Shown: positions 12,370 to 25,500 of the stretch, piece by piece
How positions within the stretch are numbered: the stretch's first letter is position 1
How the letters are laid out: each line of letters begins with the position of its first letter
Assembly (NCBI GenBank): GCA_001642005.1
Contig: LWCA01000054.1
Span: 1-64,000 of the forward strand
Direction of reading: 5' to 3'
DNA: 64,000 bases
From: Intoshia linei
Taxonomy: Eukaryota > Animalia > Orthonectida
Made by a program: the position numbers and the translations under genes
The notes under the pieces: generated by a model
Database searches by the model: none
Told to the model about the DNA's origin: nothing
Seen by the model: only the letters and a program-made list of their open reading frames with translations

Positions 12370-12713
12370 CAAAAAATTGAGCTAGAAACAAATTTAAAAA
12401 AAAAGGTAGTTTGGGGTTTTGGCCCTGAAGATATATTTTTTTTAAATTTAAATATATGATAATATTTATGATTTTAAAATCTGTATCAGAGTGTATATTT
12501 TTTATATTTTCGAACTCGTTTGATTTTCAAACAAAGGATAATTGGGGTTTTTGACCCGTAAGATCTCAGTTAAGGAGGTTGAAATTAATCTTACTTTCAC
12601 CCGGAAAAAAACTATAATAGAAATGTGGACTTTATAAAATTCTAAGACTCGTAGTTATTGAAATAAACGATAACACACACACAGACAAACAAAGCGTTTT
12701 ATATAAGTAAGGA
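12370..12713 (-). mobile_element. Helitron 5' fragment directly upstream of UFC1
   Basis: ...ACACACACAGACAAACAAAGCGTTTTATATAAGTAAGGA|T is the family 5' terminus. The internal part matches 10190-10620. Confidence 0.75.
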
Positions 12714-12754
12714 TAATCAATAAAGATATATTGATTTTTAACACACATTTTTAA

Positions 12755-13335
12755 ATGGATGAAAAAACACAACATTTGATAGGTCGCATACCAGAACATA
12801 CAATGAACATTGGACCAAGAGATCATGATTTATGGGTAGATAGATTAAAGTCAGAATACATGTCAATTATAAAATATGTAGAAAATAACAAACAGGACGA
12901 TAACGATTGGTTTGAAATAGAATGTAACAGTGATGGCACCAAATGGTTTAATTATAATATTATATTCATGACGTTAATTTAATTTCAATTAGGTTCGGAA
13001 AGTGTTGGTATATTCACAATATGCAGCGTTACGAATTTAAAATGACATTTGATTTACCTGCTTTCTACCCATCAATTGCCCCAGAAATTTGTTTACCTGA
13101 ATTGGACGGAAAAACTGCCAAAATGTATAGAGGTGGTAAAATTTGTTTAACTGATCATTTCAAACCGCTTTGGGCTCGGAACGTTCCAAAGGTGAATATT
13201 TAATTTGTTGAGATTATATTTTGACTGTAAATTTAGTTTGGAATAGCCCACTGTTTAGCTTTGGGATTAGCACCTTGGTTAGCTGTTGAAGTGCCGGAAT
13301 TGGCGTCAAAAAAGTTAATTACTCCTGTTTCTTAA
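12755..13335 (+). CDS. UFC1: Ufm1-conjugating enzyme 1, 3 exons
   Basis: [103 protein letters not shown]. Confidence 0.97.
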
Positions 13336-13532
13336 AAATTTATATATACTATTGTTTCATGTGTAAATAAAATTTACAAATTGATACAAATCCAAAAGTG
13401 TAATTAAAAAAATTCTGATTGTAATAATTAGTTTGAGGCAACAATCTTGATATTTCCAAGAAATTATTATTTATTTACTCCAACTACCAACTGATTATTG
13501 ATTATGACTTGGGGCATTAGAAAAATTTTTAA

Positions 13533-16500
13533 ATGGATAAAATTATTTTCTTCAATTTAATTTTTCTTTTAATATTAAATAATATATGCGTCTGCGATGG
13601 TAAATGTTTTTAATGTAATTTAAATTTTTCCTCGTGTAGCAAACAATTGCAATATTAATTTCTGTGAAAAATGCGAAAAAGATAGTTTAACTTGTTTATC
13701 GTGCAAAGGAGGGTATTTTTTCGACCAAGAAACTTTCAAATGTCAAAGTAATTATTTTAAGTATTAATTTGGTCAAAAATATTTAGAATGCATTAAAAAT
13801 TGCGACACATGCGGTTATGTTGATCATTGTAATTTTTTCAATTTTATAAATAAAAAGAACATTTGGTAAAATAGGTACAATATGTAATGTTGGTTTTAAA
13901 TTTAATTACCAATCTCGAAAATGTGAAAGTAAATTTTTTTGTACATTATGTATTTTGATTTCTTTATAAAGCTCTTAATATTAGGATGTGTTCCAAACTG
14001 TCAACATTGTAATGATAATAAAACATGTACTAGCTGTTTGTCCAAGTTTTACAAAACTACAGATAAATACATTTGTTTCGGTATTATGAAGGTAAACTTT
14101 ATAATAAATTTTTTAGCTTGTCCGAAAAATTGTAATCGTTGCAGCAATCCCACTGATTGTGTGGATTGTTTAAAAAATTTCTTTTTATTGGATCTAAAAT
14201 GCTATGGTATAAAATATGTTGTAGTTTATAATTTACAAAATAATGCAAATTTTTATAAAATATATGCATTTGTAGAATGCTCTGAAAATTGTGACATTTG
14301 TGAAAATGTTGAAAAATGTAATATATGCAAGTTTGGATATTTTTGGGACGCGCAAAATAAAAAATGTACATGTAATGTTTACGTAATTTATGGAATCAAC
14401 ATTTTACACTTTTTATGTTTTACTTTGAAATACTAGCTTGTGGAATCGGATGTCTCTCAGGTCAGTGTGATTTAAAGCTTGGATGTCTAAAATGTAAAAA
14501 CGGATACATGATTGATTTGCAAAAATGCAAAAGTATAAAAATTGACTGAATAATTATATTATAATATAATCATAAATACTGTTTATAACAATTAATAAAT
14601 AATCGAATATAAATTACTCTTATTAATAATTGTATTGATAACATTTGAGATTATTTAATATTACCTGTTTTCGAAATATTTTAAATGGCGCAATTTGCTT
14701 AGTCACAAATTAAAAATATTTCAATTTCATTTTACATTTGTTATATATTTTTTTATTATTTAAAAGAATGTGCAATATTGGAATCGCACAATTGTAATAC
14801 ATGTGTAACTAGCCAGTTCGGGAATATGTGGCATGGAACAAAATGCATTAGTAATTTAGTCTTTTAAATTTACAATTACAATTATAGAATGTTTGCAATA
14901 CTGTTCTAAATGTACTAGTTCAAATTCTTGTATTATAAATGATCAAGACATGTGTTTGGAAGATTACGCTTTTGATGACAACGCAAAATTATGCAAAGGT
15001 AGTTTTTTAATATATCGATTTCTGAGGCTAATTTTAAGCTAGGAATAAAAAATACTTGTTTGTTTCTACTGAAATAATTATTTTTTTGGGAATATTTCGA
15101 TCTAGTATATTTTATGTCATAGGCCGAACTAGGGAATTTCATTATTTCTTTTTTTATTTTCTAAATAATGGGTCATTTTGGGTTTTGACCGTGAAAGTGT
15201 CGATTTTTGAATTTTATCTTGCTTTATGCGTCAGAAACATATAAGTTGGAATTTTTATTTTTTAAATTTGTGAGACAGACAGTTTTCTTTTGACAGAAAA
15301 CACATTTTGAACAACTTTTACTTTATATTTATACATTATACAATCTGCATCTATACTATAATTATAATATTAGTTTGTATCAGTTTAATTACCGATATGA
15401 GTGGATTATACAATTATGAATCTAGTTGTTTGAAATGCAATGGGTTTTATTACTTGAATGGCATTTGCTCTGGTATATCCGTTTTATTAGAAATTAATCT
15501 GTTCTTATTTAGCGTGTACAACGGATCATTCAATTAAAGAAAAATGTCCATGTATTGATCGAGAAAATTTTTACACCGCTAAAAGTTTTTGGATAGAAAC
15601 AAACGTGTGTAGAGGTAATTTAATTTTTTTATTCTTTTATTTGATTCAAAATTGTAAGTTATTTATTGTGAAACATACATGGTTCAGAAGGTCTTGTCTG
15701 CCGTAACAAACGAAGACGAATGCAATTTTTGTGCTGGTTACTATTTCGATCCAACTTTGAAACAATGCAAAGGTATACTTTAATACAATAATACGCAATT
15801 TATTTACTAAGAGATCAATTATAACTAAAATGATAATTCATGGGCTAAAATTCATAGTGCATTATAATAAGAGTAATCAAAAAGGTTAAAAAAACTACCT
15901 AAATATTATAAATGGTAATTGTAGTTTTAAAAAAAATATAGTTTACGGCGATTGCCAAAATAGTTGAAATGCTTTTTTCAGAAAAGATTTTTAAATTAAA
16001 ATTTTAAATTAAATAATAAATTCTTGAACCTAACATGATTAATATTTTGATTAATTCTATCACAGATACTGGTTGGGTTTAATAAATTTAAAAAATAAAA
16101 TTCAATATTATAAAGATGAATACAAAATGTAAATGTATAGTATAATTACTCGTACAATATTAAAAATTGTATTTATTTAAAAATGCAAGCTAATTCCTAA
16201 GATTGGGGTTCAAAATTATTGTTTGATGATCGGTGCGATTCAAATTAAATATAGAAAAATTTTGATCAACTTTTGTTTATTTTTAAGGGTATTTTTTTAT
16301 ATTTATGACAGAGTTTCTAGATGTTAATTATCCCGAATCCTAGACGACTGCTACATTACTATTTCAAAAATCCTAGATTTATCCCACCATTAATAAAATT
16401 TAATAAAAAATACAATTTCAAGCCCTATGGAAAAATTGACTTTTACCGATATTTTTTTGAAAAACCCGATTTTACGAAACCTTATGAAAAAAATCCAAAA

Positions 16501-19500
16501 TAAAAAATCCAATTTTACCAAATCTTATTAGAAAAATCTCATATTTCAACCATCATATACAACTCCAATATTACCAATCGTTAAGGGAAATATTCTCTTT
16601 TCCCAATATCGTTTTGAAAAATCTTATGAGCAGTAATTTCCTAATCCAAAACCAAAAATAAAACTTAAAAATCTTACTATTGACTAGTATCAATCCTTTA
16701 AAGGAGTGGTTCCCAAAAATGTTTCGGGTGGATCACATTACTTTTTACTTTAAAGTGAATTATTCCATCTTAATTTTTTTTGTTAACACATTTGTGTAAA
16801 AGAATTATAAAAATAATTGTTATCCTATTTGTTTTATTTATTAGACAGAATGTGTGTACATTTTACAATATTAAAAATAAAGTGAAAACAGTCCAATCCT
16901 AAAAATTGTCATTAATAGCATAAATGCCAGAAAAAATAAAATTTTGTCATTTTCAATGATATAATATATTTTCGGTATCAATTTAATAAATACTTAAAAA
17001 TTCCAATTAAGTATCAATAATTAACGGAATCAGCACTTTATAAACATATTTAGGTGGATTTTACCAATACTGCAAAGGATTGTAATAAATATAAAAATGA
17101 TAATAACAAAGTTGTATTACTTTTAGTAATCGTTGTTGTAGTTTTAATTTAAATTTTAAACAAAAATTTTTGAAAATGAAATTTGAAATTTAAAAATTGC
17201 GTAGCTATAAAAAAAATTCCGAAGGAATGAATTATATAGATTTTCACCCATATTTCTTTATTGAAAATGTGTAGAGGTTCAATACACATTTTTTTTTTTG
17301 AAATTGTAGGATCAATATTTACATTTTCAATTTTTATTTTAATCGGATTTATTTAAAAAATATTGGAAATACTAATATTAATTGACTATTTTTCTACATT
17401 GAACCATTTATTTAGCTGTATTGTGTTTGGAATATTCAACAATAATTAAAAAAATAGAATGTGATGCATGCAGCAATTTATTTTATGATACAATAACTGC
17501 ATCTTGTAAAGGTATATTATAAATGGTTTTTATTCAATTTATTTTATCTTAAAGCATGGGTTCTTATCTTAGGGTGCCAGAAATTTATTTTATAAATATC
17601 ACTATAATAATTTTAAATTTTAATTTAATTTATTCGAAATTAAGTTTATTAGAACGGGCACAGAACAGTAAGTTACATGAGGGACAGTTGTTTTGTTATT
17701 TAAATGTAATTCTATTTAATTTTCAGAATTGACCTGTTCATTGGTTAATCTTAATTCATTGGAAAATACAACCACAAGAATAATTGCCATAAGTAAATGC
17801 AATGATTTCAAACACGGAATATATTTGGACCCAAAAACTAAATTAGCTAAGAGTAAACTCAATATTTCATTTTAATCATTATTTAGAAATTGACTGTCAA
17901 ATTTCCCTATTAACAACTGATAAAATTGAGTGCGAGTCATGTATAAGCTATTATTGGGATATATACGCAAATAAATGCCAAAGTAATGTACAAATTTGTT
18001 TAATTATTAACATTGATGAACAATTATTCTATTATTATTTATTACCTATTATAATTATATTATGTAATATTAAGATATTAATATAATATACATTCAAAAA
18101 CAACCTTAAAAAAGATAATTTTATTGTCAAAAACCCAGATTACTATTTTTTGTAAAAATGAAAACAGCCCGTGTATCGATTGAATACACATGTAAATTTG
18201 ACTTGGAAATTGACTTGGAAACTTTAAGCTGTACTAAAATTGATCAAAGAAATCTTTTTAGAAAAAATTAAATTAACCCAAGAAATGAAATGCATAAGAA
18301 TATGTGGAATCTTGATTCTAGAATGTGACAAATTTTTATTAAATTTATTATTTTTATCTTTTTGCAACACATTATATTTGAAGTGACACAGGGAGTATCA
18401 ATAATGTTTTTTTAAAATATAATTATATTTTAGAGCTATTGTGTAATAATCAACCATTAAATTCTATGGAAAAGTGTCAAGGGTGTAATAGATTGTATTC
18501 TTCAAAAAGTGGATCATGCTTTAGTAATTTACTATTTAATTCAGTATCCGACAACCAGGGAGGAAAGATTCATTATTGGGAAATTTAATTTATGAAATTT
18601 ACACTAAATCATTTTTCCGATTTTATCCCATTAGGTTAAAAATGTTCTTAACCTTTTTCCACTTGGCACCCTTAATTCAATAAAATTTAAGTTTAAAAAA
18701 TATAGCTTTGAAATAATTTTTATTCAAAAATTATCTGACATTTAAAACTGGTTTGGCACCTCAGGTTAAGAACCCATAACCTAATGTCTTTGACCAAAAG
18801 TTGACCAAAATTTTCAGTATTTACAACTATTTTAATCGAGTCACCCCTTTCAATATGGGTACGCGATATTAAGATTTAATAAATAAATTAATAATAAATA
18901 ATAAGATATTAATTAAGACATAATTGATTTAATTATAGAATGTCCTGATAATGCCATATCGTGTAACCTGTTTGAAAGCATTTGCAAGAATAATTATTAT
19001 TTTGATCAGAAAACTTGGACATGCATTCGTAAACAATCTAATTAATATTAAATATTGTATCAATTATTTATTTGTTTAGTTGCCAATTGTCAAGCTTCAG
19101 ATTTAAAGAAAAATTGTGTCAGTTGTCTCACATTTTATTGGAACAAGGAGAAATGCAATAGTACAATACATTCAATAAAATTTATATTTTACTTGTAGAA
19201 TGCCCCGAAAATTGTCAAGTATGCCAAAATTCAATTTCATGTGTTAGGTGTAAAACCAACTATGTTTGGTCTGCAGAAGATAATTCTTGTGTTTGTACGT
19301 TATATATCAATGCTTCATAAACTGGGTTCATATAATTTGTTTCTAAAGTTTTAAAAAAAATTTTTTAGTTTACAAATAATTTTAAATCTACTTAGAGTCG
19401 AACCTACCGAACAGGAAACCTCTCTTAGGATATCGACAAAGGTTTTTTAAATGGGCCTCATTTTTTCATAATTGAGCAAATTTTACAATTTTACAAATAT

Positions 19501-22500
19501 ATTGTATTTTAATCTTAAATTGTCAACTCTAGTCCGGTGCCAGAAGTTAGGGGTAAAGGTTGGTATGGCTACAATGCATTATGTATTGTTTGGAGAAAAT
19601 TTTTGATGACCTAATTTAGATTTTAAGGGATCCTGATTGGGTATTTAACATGTTGGGCTCGTTTCAGGGCATACTTTTTTGTAACTTATGTATTCTTTTA
19701 CAAATCATAATTAATGTTGGATATGTATTAGTGTGCATCTTGAAAGTAAAGGACGAGTGTGCTCAATGTTCAACGCCATTGGAACCATTTTATTTATCTG
19801 ATTTGCATCAAAAGTGTCAATGTAATCAAAATACAATTATGTACAATGTAAATTGTACATTATATTAAATTGATTGTAATTTCAATTTTTAAATAATCTA
19901 ATTAGTATGCAAACATGCAGCTATTGATGATATATTGACAGAATCAATGTGCCATGAATGTGGACCAATTAAATTAAAAACTGGAATATATTGGGATAGT
20001 TCTGTAGTACCGCGTTGTAATGGTAAAATATTATTACATGTACAATTTATTAAAACTTATTATAATATTATAATAGTATATATGATATATAGTTTATATA
20101 ATAATAGTTTATTTTAATAATGTATATTACTATATGGTATTAAGTACATAAGGGAATCAACTTTTTTAATTTTGTTGTTTATTACTTAGGTAGGTAGTTT
20201 TAAATAAATTTAAAATATTTTTTAAGCATATTACAATAAAAAATTTTAAAAAAAATTCAGAAGCAAAGTCAAAATAAATCTTTTTATACCCTACCACGAA
20301 AAAAGTATTAAAACTGGAATAACTACTTAGTACATCTTTTGTTTTTAAAATTCTTTACGAAAATGTTAACAAAACAAAATTAAGATGGAATAATTCTTTA
20401 ATTAATAAACTTTAAAGTAAAAAGTAATATGATATGATGGTTCCACCTGAAACAAGTTTGGGAACCACTTTTTTAAAGGATTGATAATAATGAATAGTAG
20501 AATTTTTAAGTTGGATTTTTGACGTAAATGTATTTTTTTGGTAGAATAAAAATGTACCCTCGGCAGAGCTACGTGCTGCTTGTACGTAGTACATAACTGT
20601 CAACCTAGTGTATTTATAACTAGCAATATTCTCAATAAATATCTAATAAAAAATAATAATTGAATTAGTGTAATTATCTCATTGGCCACTCGATTATTTT
20701 ATTATTTTTTTCGGTGATGTTGAAATATAACCTTAAATATTATTAAAATATTGTTTATAACCCAAACTTTTTTTGAGTGTTGTGCAGTATTATAGAAAAC
20801 GAATCCATGATATGAATAATACTCTTTTTTTTTTAAAAGGGGCATTTAATTTTTTGGCCCTAAATAACTCAATTTCTGAAAATGAAATTTACGATAAAAT
20901 ATCACTTTTGAAAAATTGTATGAGAAATTTGGTTTTTTTAATTCTAGGACTATTAATTTTTTGATTAAGCAGTAGAACCGACATAAAGACTTTACATCTT
21001 ATAAAAGTAAAGGATTGCTAGTATTTTGTAATTATTTATGATGGATATATAGCGAGTGGTCAGTGGCCACTAATAGAAATAATCTAATGTATTTTCATTG
21101 ACCAATTTCAATCAGTATTGTTAATATTCTGAAATTATTTAATATTGTACTTTTATCTAGGTTGTATTGATAACTGCTTATATTGTAATAAAACTGATAC
21201 GTGTATTGAATGCAGAACGCATATGTATTTTAAACCCAAAAGTGACGACGAAAAATCTGTATGTTTGGGTAAAAAAATATAAAACTTACAAATATTTAAT
21301 TTAAATTAGATTGTTTAAAAAATTGCAAAAAATGCAAAAATTCTCAAACATGTGATGAGTGTAATCAAGGATATTATTACAGTACACAAGACTCTGAAAA
21401 TAAATGCTTATGTAATTTTTATTATAATTTAACGCCTAAGTATTAGTAAGTTAGTACACTATCTCAATGATTAAAATTTAATATTTTCTTAAGGGTTGTG
21501 GAAACACAATTTTCCTGACAAAAATTGGACAAAATTAGATTAATAAAGCAGCATTTTTTTAATACGAGGTAGTGAAAAATTTTTACCGGTCTGCGAAATA
21601 ATTAGAAGTCAATTTATTGCTTTAATGAAAATTTAATGTTTCCTCGTAATTTCACTTTATTGGTCCGCGATAAAAAATAAAAATTTAAAATTTTAATTGA
21701 TAATTTATCACCATATAGTTACTATGTGATATACATCTGATTTAATAATTGCTTTTATATTAGCTTGCCCTCAGAATTGTATTTCATGTGCGAAGCCAAC
21801 GACATGTATTCAATGTAAATCACAAACATTTGCAGATTATGAAACTGGAGAATGTTTCGGTAAATTTTTTTAATTTACAAAAATACTTAATTAATTTACT
21901 ATTAATTAAATTTATTAACAAAAAAATAAAATAACATTTAATGTTTAGAATTTTTTATGTTTATTTTTAAACCCAAGAAATTTTTTTAATGATGTGATGT
22001 GACCCTTTTTATTAAGGGTCCACTTTAAATTGGATTGGAATTTTTCTCATAAATTTTTTTTTTCAATAATAAATTGTCATTTTTTACTGTAACCCTTATT
22101 TTTCGTGTAAATGAACAATGTTATAATTCTCAACATAATTTTTTTTATCATGTCTTTTCTTCTTTTTTGGCGAACATTCAGTTGAGCGATGTATTGTTAG
22201 AACGATATATCTTAGAACAACATAATCATATATTTTGCTAATTAATCATATTATTGATTTTTTCACATAATTTTTAAACATTTTTAAGATAATTTTGGGA
22301 TCAATATGTGGTAGGGTTTTTAAGGGAAGTTTTTTTTTAATACAATTTTTAAAAATTTTTAGGGGTAAATTTTTACCCTTTTAGCAGTAGGGAATATTTT
22401 TAACATTTTAAGGTTTTTCAAAATCTTTAAAAATTGCTTAAAAAAAAGCTTCCCTTAAATACCCTACCAAATTATTTTAGAAAAATCTTTAAAAATTGGG

Positions 22501-25500
22501 TAAAAAAAATTGTTCCCATTAAAACTCTTCAAAATATTTGTAGAAAAATTATTATAAAAATTTTTAAAAATTAGTTTAAAAAAAATTCCTTAAAAACCCT
22601 ACCAAATTTATCTTCAAAGTCTTTATAAATTTTCCCTAAAGTCCTCAAGTCTGAAGTGTGATATTTTGTTGATAAGTATTTCATAAGTACTTATTTATAA
22701 ATGTGTGCCGTTTTTGTAGATTACCCTTAAATTAGTCCCACAAAAAAAATTTTAAAAAATCCATAATATAATAAATTAGTATAATCGATGATTATGTTGT
22801 TCCATGATGTATCGCTCCAACAATACATCGCTCTAGAGAATGGACGTCTCTTTTTTAGCACGGTGACACTATCAAAATCTGAAATTATTTTAGCGCCACG
22901 GGATATACAAATATATATTTATTATTTGTTTATGTATTTAAAAAAACATTGTATAATGGGATATATTTTTTTTGTTTGAAATGTAGATTACTCTGTAAAA
23001 AAAAATTGTCATTTTTAGAATTCTATGAAATTGTAAATATTAAAAATAATCTGTTTAAAAAAATATGAAAATTTGCACTATATTATACTTTTTTATAAAT
23101 TTAGATTGCATTAAATATTGCAAATATTGTAACACAAACAATAAATGCACAACATGTGACAATGGATTTTATTTAATTTCAAATTTACAAGAATATGAAT
23201 GTGTCGGTAATAAAATTGGATATTATTAAAATTTATTAACATGTACATGTAAATGTAAATACAAGTACAATAAATAATTATTTATTATAATAAATACAAC
23301 AGTATTTAAGTAAATTTATTAATACAGCGAATGTACTTGTATTATTTATAATAAAAATTAAAATTAAAGCTTGCCCTATAAATTGTTCAACTTGTTTGGA
23401 GAAAAATTGCTTTACTTGTGATTTCGGTTATTGTTTAAATGAAGCCAATTTGTGTACAAGTAATTTTTTTAAATAAAATAAGTGTTATTTGTCTAATTGT
23501 CAGAGTCAAACCTAGCTATCTCGAGGCCATCGAAAATGAAAAATAGGCACTTAAAAAAAATTTTCAACAACTATTCATTGCGACATACAGCCCTAACAAC
23601 GTCTCTAAGGTTCTTCACTTGATATTTTGAATTTAACACACAAAATAGTTATGATATTCCAGAATAATATTTTTAATGCTTAATTTTAAAAAATGAAGGC
23701 CCCATTTTTCAAAAATTTCGCCGCCCCCCCCCCTTCCCTCACCGAAGAACGGTCTCGGTATGGTAGGTCGTTGCTGATAATAGTATTTGAATATTATTGT
23801 ACAATGTATATCCATACTACTTAAATTGTATGTATTTGTTGTAATAAAAAAATAACTTAATAATTAATTAATGACTTGTATATAATATAATTACATATTA
23901 TATCACATTTTACTTTATTTACACTTAATCAGAAAAATTTAGAAAATGATAATAATTGTAAAACATGTAAATACGAAAGTGGAATTGCTCCAATACTTTC
24001 TTGTACGAGCTGTTTCAATGGATATGAATTTGAAATTTGTAAAAGTAAACGTTTAAGTATACAATGTATAAATTATACTATAGTATTATAATACTAGATG
24101 TATAATATACATTGTATATATAGTAGTAAAATTTTAACTAGCTTTGCAGTTATGTACTTCGTACAAACATCAGTTAGCTCTGACGAGATCTACTTTTTAA
24201 TTTTAAAACGGATTTTTTTACTGAAAATTGAAATTTGAAAAATATTTGAAGATATTGGAAGATATATATTAAAAGTTATTTTTGACCGGCCATCCGTAGG
24301 ATTCTGCGGTTCACATTTTATCTCTAGATCAACTGGAATAATCTGTATCAGAATAAAAAATTTTTTAAATTCTACGAGTTTTAGTTTTCCGAGAGTAATA
24401 TTTCATATCAAATTGAATTTTTTACAAAACAAAAAATTAATTTATCCTTTTTTTAAAAATAAAATCAACTCTTGAATTTCAAAAAACCTAAATGCCAGGA
24501 CGTGTTTTACAATTATTAATATGTTCATAAATATCAACCTTAGAAACTTACATTTTCATGGCCATAACCACAAATTACCTTTTTTTTATAAATAAAAAAG
24601 TTATATGATTTTAATAAAACACATTTTAAATTTAAATTTTAAAAGATTAATTTCACAAATTGACGCTTTCACGGTCATAAAATCAACATAATATTTATTT
24701 TATTATTTGGTCATTATTTTTTTAAAACAAAAAATATGAAATAAATGTTAATTTTTTAATAAAACCGTAACACACAAACATTTAATTTATGCAATAATTA
24801 ATAATAATTAAAAATTTATAATATATTAATTAGAATGCCCAGAAAATTGCGATCTTTGCAACGATAATAATTGTATATATTGCGTAAAGGGTTTTTATTT
24901 GGATAAAACATGCTTTAGTAAATCTTACTTACTTTTTATACATTTTAACATAAAAGTAGAGTCTTTCTTATATTGGTAGACTCAAAATTTTAATTTTTTT
25001 ATTAAATCTACACAAAAATCACAACTTTTTGGGTTATCTTGTGTAAATGTTTTTAAACTTTAAAATTCTTAAAATCTCGTGTCACCATTGGTGACTCAAC
25101 AATACAAAAAATACAAGAACCACTTTTTTAATTGTTACCTTTGTAATAAAAAAGATTTGGACAATTTTTATACTATACATTTATGTGATAATTTAAAACT
25201 GTTAGAATGTGCCGAAAATTGCATCGAATGCAATACAGCTACAGATTGTGTTAAATGCAAAACTAGTGTAATGGTTTTCGACGAGTCATTGCTCAAATGT
25301 GTGGGTATGCTTTTTTTATACTATTTTTCAAAATGTTTTAATATGTTTAATAGAATGTCTTCAAAATTGTATCGAATGTGTCACTTTTAATAAATGCTTA
25401 AAGTGCTTTGATAGCTATTTTCTAGAAAATGATGTTTGCAAATGTTAGATTTTTTGAAATATATTTAAATAATTTTTCTGTTTATTCATTAATAATAAAA

